41,320 bases of DNA from Chloroflexota bacterium. GTDB taxonomy: Bacteria > Chloroflexota > Dehalococcoidia > Lucifugimonadales > JADFKI01. The notes under the pieces are model-generated. The model was given only the letters and a program-made list of their open reading frames with translations, was not told the origin of the DNA and did no database searches. Position numbers and translations under genes: made by a program. Of this stretch, positions 38,340-41,320 are shown piece after piece. The stretch is from positions 1 to 41,320 of the forward strand of contig JAQBUT010000026.1 of the NCBI GenBank assembly GCA_027623195.1. Reading direction: 5' to 3'. Every line of letters begins with the position of its first letter. The stretch's first letter is position 1.

Positions 38340-39887
38340 ATGAATTACGACTACATCATAATCGGCGCGGGTTCGGCGGGATCTATCATGGCGACTCGCC
38401 TGTCGGAGAATCCCGACAACTCCGTGCTTCTCTTGGAGGCAGGGCCCGATTACCCTGACATCGACAGCCTGCCCGACGAGGTCAAGTACGGCTACGCAAC
38501 GGGCATCGACGTTGTAACAACCGACCACAACTGGCAGTTCTGGGGTCAGCCTACCGAGAGGGCGCAACCCATGATGGTGCCACGAGGCAGGTTGACAGGC
38601 GGTTCCAGCGCCATCAACGGCCAGGTCTTCCTACGGGGCATGCCAGAGGATTACGACGGTTGGGCGGCCAAGGGCAACGACGAGTGGAAGTACGAGAATC
38701 TTCTGCCCTACTTCCGTAAGCTGGAGACCGATACTGATTACTCCGACGACTTCCACGGCACCGAGGGGCCTATCATCGCCCGCCGCTACAAGCGCGAGGA
38801 ATGGCATCCTGCGCAGGAAGCCTTCTACATCGCCTGCCGCGATGCCGGCCACCCTGAAGGCCCCGACCAGAATAACCCAGACGTTACCGGCGTTGGTCCT
38901 ACCCCTTTTAACAATCCCAATGGCATTCGATGGAGCACGAACATAGGTTACCTGGGAATGTCACGTCACCGCTTAAATCTGACGATACGACCCAACTGCC
39001 ATATTCAGCGCATCCTTTTTGACGGGACCCGCGCAACAGGAGTCGAGGTCGAGAGCGGCGGCGAGGTTTTCCAGGTACAGGGCAACGAGATTATTTTGAG
39101 CGCAGGCGCAGTGGCCTCGCCACAGATCCTGATGCTGTCCGGCGTTGGCCCGGCGGCACACCTGCAGGAGTTCGGCATACCGGTCGTCAAGGACGCGCCG
39201 GGCGTGGGGCAGAACCTGCGTGACCACCCCTCAACCTGGATCACCTGGAAGACGAAGCCGGGCTACGACTTCGACGCAATGGCACCTAGAAATGGCTTGA
39301 TGTGCCGCTACACTGCCACCGGTTCGGATATGCGCAACGACATGAAGATCTCGATGCTGTCCTTCGCCACTGGACGGGTAGACCGAGGTGGAGACCGCAA
39401 TGAGCCAATAGGCCTCCGATTAACGGTGATACTGGACCTGGCCCTTAGCTCCGGCGAGCTGAAGCTGAAGTCGGCGGACCCCAAAGAGCACCCGTCCATT
39501 TTTTACAACTACTTCGACCACCCATTCGACCGGGAGCGGGTGCGCGAAGGCGTCCGCAAGGCTCTGAAATTAGCCGAGCACCCGGATTTGGCCAACATGC
39601 TGGAGGAGCGCATCGAGCCTCTGGACTCGGAACTGGCATCCGACGACGCCATGGACGACTGGATGATGCGGGAGGCGACCACCGGCCAGCACATCACTGC
39701 AACCTGCAAGATGGGGCCAGCCTCAGACGGAATGGCTGTCGTTGACCAGTACGGTAGGGCGCATGGCCTCCAGGGATTGCGAGTGGTTGACGCCTCCATT
39801 ATGCCGGACTGCATTCGAGCCAACACCAACGTCACAACGATGATGATCGGCGAACACATAGCCGACTTCGTCATGCAAGGGCGGTAA
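38340..39887 (+). CDS. GMC-family FAD oxidoreductase (choline dehydrogenase/MftG-like)
   Basis: GAGSAG, LLEAGP, RGRLTGGSSAING, SPQILMLSGVG, GQNLRDH, QHITATCKMG, LRVVDASIMP and NTN. ATG 38340 follows GGGAGG. Confidence 0.93.
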   Translation: MNYDYIIIGAGSAGSIMATRLSENPDNSVLLLEAGPDYPDIDSLPDEVKYGYATGIDVVTTDHNWQFWGQPTERAQPMMVPRGRLTGGSSAINGQVFLRGMPEDYDGWAAKGNDEWKYENLLPYFRKLETDTDYSDDFHGTEGPIIARRYKREEWHPAQEAFYIACRDAGHPEGPDQNNPDVTGVGPTPFNNPNGIRWSTNIGYLGMSRHRLNLTIRPNCHIQRILFDGTRATGVEVESGGEVFQVQGNEIILSAGAVASPQILMLSGVGPAAHLQEFGIPVVKDAPGVGQNLRDHPSTWITWKTKPGYDFDAMAPRNGLMCRYTATGSDMRNDMKISMLSFATGRVDRGGDRNEPIGLRLTVILDLALSSGELKLKSADPKEHPSIFYNYFDHPFDRERVREGVRKALKLAEHPDLANMLEERIEPLDSELASDDAMDDWMMREATTGQHITATCKMGPASDGMAVVDQYGRAHGLQGLRVVDASIMPDCIRANTNVTTMMIGEHIADFVMQGR

Positions 39888-39909
39888 GGCCACTCGGGAG
39901 ATAGTTTCG

Positions 39910-40209
39910 ATGATAATGGTGCGCCGAACGTACACGCCCAAACCCGGTGAGGGCGGCAAACTTTTGAGGGTAGTCAGGCAAATCAAGCCTGCGACTGAGG
40001 AGGCCGGCTTCCCTGCGCTATCAGTGTTTCGGCAGGCGTTGGGCGCGCATGGAACGCTGGTAACTGAGCAGACGTGGCCTTCGATGGCCGATTATGAGAA
40101 GTCCAGGGATGCGTTACGACAGACCAAGGCTATTACCGACCTGTTCGAACAGGTGTACCCGCTGCTGGCATCCACCCACGTTACGGAGATGTTCGACAAA
40201 ATAGAGTGA
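39910..40209 (+). CDS. Small protein, possibly NIPSNAP/dimeric alpha-beta barrel
   Basis: RRTY..KPG...LV.EQTW.SMADYE pattern; directly downstream of the GMC gene with a GGGAG SD. Confidence 0.65.
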   Translation: MIMVRRTYTPKPGEGGKLLRVVRQIKPATEEAGFPALSVFRQALGAHGTLVTEQTWPSMADYEKSRDALRQTKAITDLFEQVYPLLASTHVTEMFDKIE

Positions 40210-40314
40210 AATGGCCCTCTTACCTGGTTATGGTCAACACTCTATGCGTTGTTCGAGGGAACCACTACGAACGTTAGCAATGGGTATTTGCCCGGTTTGC
40301 TGAAGGTTGATTAA

Positions 40315-40345
40315 ATAGGGTGCCGCCCTACTGACGGCACCCTAT
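40315..40345. terminator. Hairpin/terminator between convergent genes
   Basis: ATAGGGTGCCG...CGGCACCCTAT, an 11-bp perfect stem. Confidence 0.7.
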
Positions 40346-40352
40346 GGGAAAA

Positions 40353-40928
40353 CTAGCAGTTGTTGAATTTCGTAGTGGCAAAGTTGGTTATCTTGCCGGT
40401 CTCAAGATCGAATTTGCTGCGCTCCAGACCACGTAGGTCGTGCCCGTATACGTGTATCTCAACCGTAGAGCGGTCTGTGAAGTTGTCCATCTGGTGAATT
40501 TCGTCCACCTCGGGAATGAGCAGGGAGATATCACCGGGCTTTACGACATTGACTCGGTCTTTCTCCAGAACAGCAAAGTCCTCTTTATCACGGTCGTCCA
40601 CACGACGGAAACGCGTCTCCGTTATGGCGTTGCCCATTACGCCGATCATCCCCCACGTGCGATGGTCGTGCGGCCCCAGGTGGTCGCCCGCTCCCCACAC
40701 TACCGCCGTCACAAGCAGCCCATTGTCGCCGTAATGAAGAAGGTAGGAGCCGTGGTTGCTGGCGCCGGATGGGTTCCTGAACTCGTCAGGAATAGCATCG
40801 GGGCTGTTTATGAGCTTCTCCAGGTAAGAGGAGCCTTTGTCGAAGAGTTTGTCCTGCGCCGCCTGGCCTTCCATTAAGTCCGACATATCGTGCACAAACT
40901 CATCGAGCGAATACTTCAGGATTGTCAT
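40353..40928 (-). CDS. Cysteine dioxygenase / 3-mercaptopropionate dioxygenase-like cupin
   Basis: YLLH, VVWGAG...PHDHRTWGMIGV, EIHQMDN and IHVYG: the 3-His thiol dioxygenase pattern. Confidence 0.85.
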   Translation of the reverse strand: MTILKYSLDEFVHDMSDLMEGQAAQDKLFDKGSSYLEKLINSPDAIPDEFRNPSGASNHGSYLLHYGDNGLLVTAVVWGAGDHLGPHDHRTWGMIGVMGNAITETRFRRVDDRDKEDFAVLEKDRVNVVKPGDISLLIPEVDEIHQMDNFTDRSTVEIHVYGHDLRGLERSKFDLETGKITNFATTKFNNC

Positions 40929-41320
40929 AACTCACCTCTTCTTGCGGTCTATTCACCACGGATTGACTATTGTTTTAACCGAAAATTGCGATATGGCTGT
41001 TGTAGATTTCTTCCTAATCGGCTACATCCTACCACGGGCCATACATCCCATCCAAAAACGTGGCTCTACAGGCATTGGTGACCTTCCACCTCCTGAATAC
41101 AATCCGTTTTGGTCTCGCACTATCCGTTACTAATTCTTTTAAAACGGAGGCTTTTATGGGGGTATCGCCAACAAGGCATTTCGGAGCCGAGTATACTCGT
41201 CTGCGCAGGTGTTGGTTATTGCCGAACTAAATCGTCGTTTGCTACAATTTACCCGATATTTCCCAGATGGCATTTGGCTCCTTCACCGGCACGCCATTTT
41301 GGGATGGTTGACAATATATG

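Noticed and set aside
38340..39887. Mycofactocin biosynthetic cluster
   Set aside because: The GMC protein is MftG-like at most; no mftA/B/C/D/E/F genes are present in the window.
40929..41320. Possible ncRNA or gene in the AT-richer terminal region
   Set aside because: No tRNA or ncRNA motif and no credible ORF; probably promoter sequence running out of the window.

Overview
About 38 protein-coding genes, mostly housekeeping and metabolic, at roughly 55% GC (estimated by eye). No rRNA, tRNA, CRISPR array or intact transposase was recognised. The gene mix suggests a Chloroflexota/Dehalococcoidia (SAR202-like) genome; this is inferred from tandem F420-type LLM oxidoreductases, a group-D-like flavin monooxygenase, an MftG-like GMC oxidoreductase, an arylsulfotransferase, a thiol dioxygenase and several lipoproteins. 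Contents in order: a truncated alpha/beta hydrolase; a branched-chain 2-oxoacid dehydrogenase-type operon (E1a-E1b-E2-lipB, no E3); a GlnR-like orphan regulator; ftsH; a class V aminotransferase; a very divergent PEP carboxykinase-like protein; a large Ig/BACON-repeat surface protein with a GGC-TM-Arg C-terminal signal; a collagen-stalk lipoprotein carrying a degenerate amidohydrolase domain; yihY-htrA; an acpS-LLM-LLM-nnr-menG operon; folD; a cupredoxin lipoprotein; queA; transporters; and several redox/sulfur enzymes. The most unusual items are the PEPCK-like protein missing two Mn ligands, the collagen/pseudo-amidohydrolase lipoprotein and the convergent GGC-CTERM surface protein (a possible undescribed cell-surface module), a likely ATA start codon, and decayed MITE/REP-like elements. 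All family calls come from motif recognition by eye; no database searches were run.
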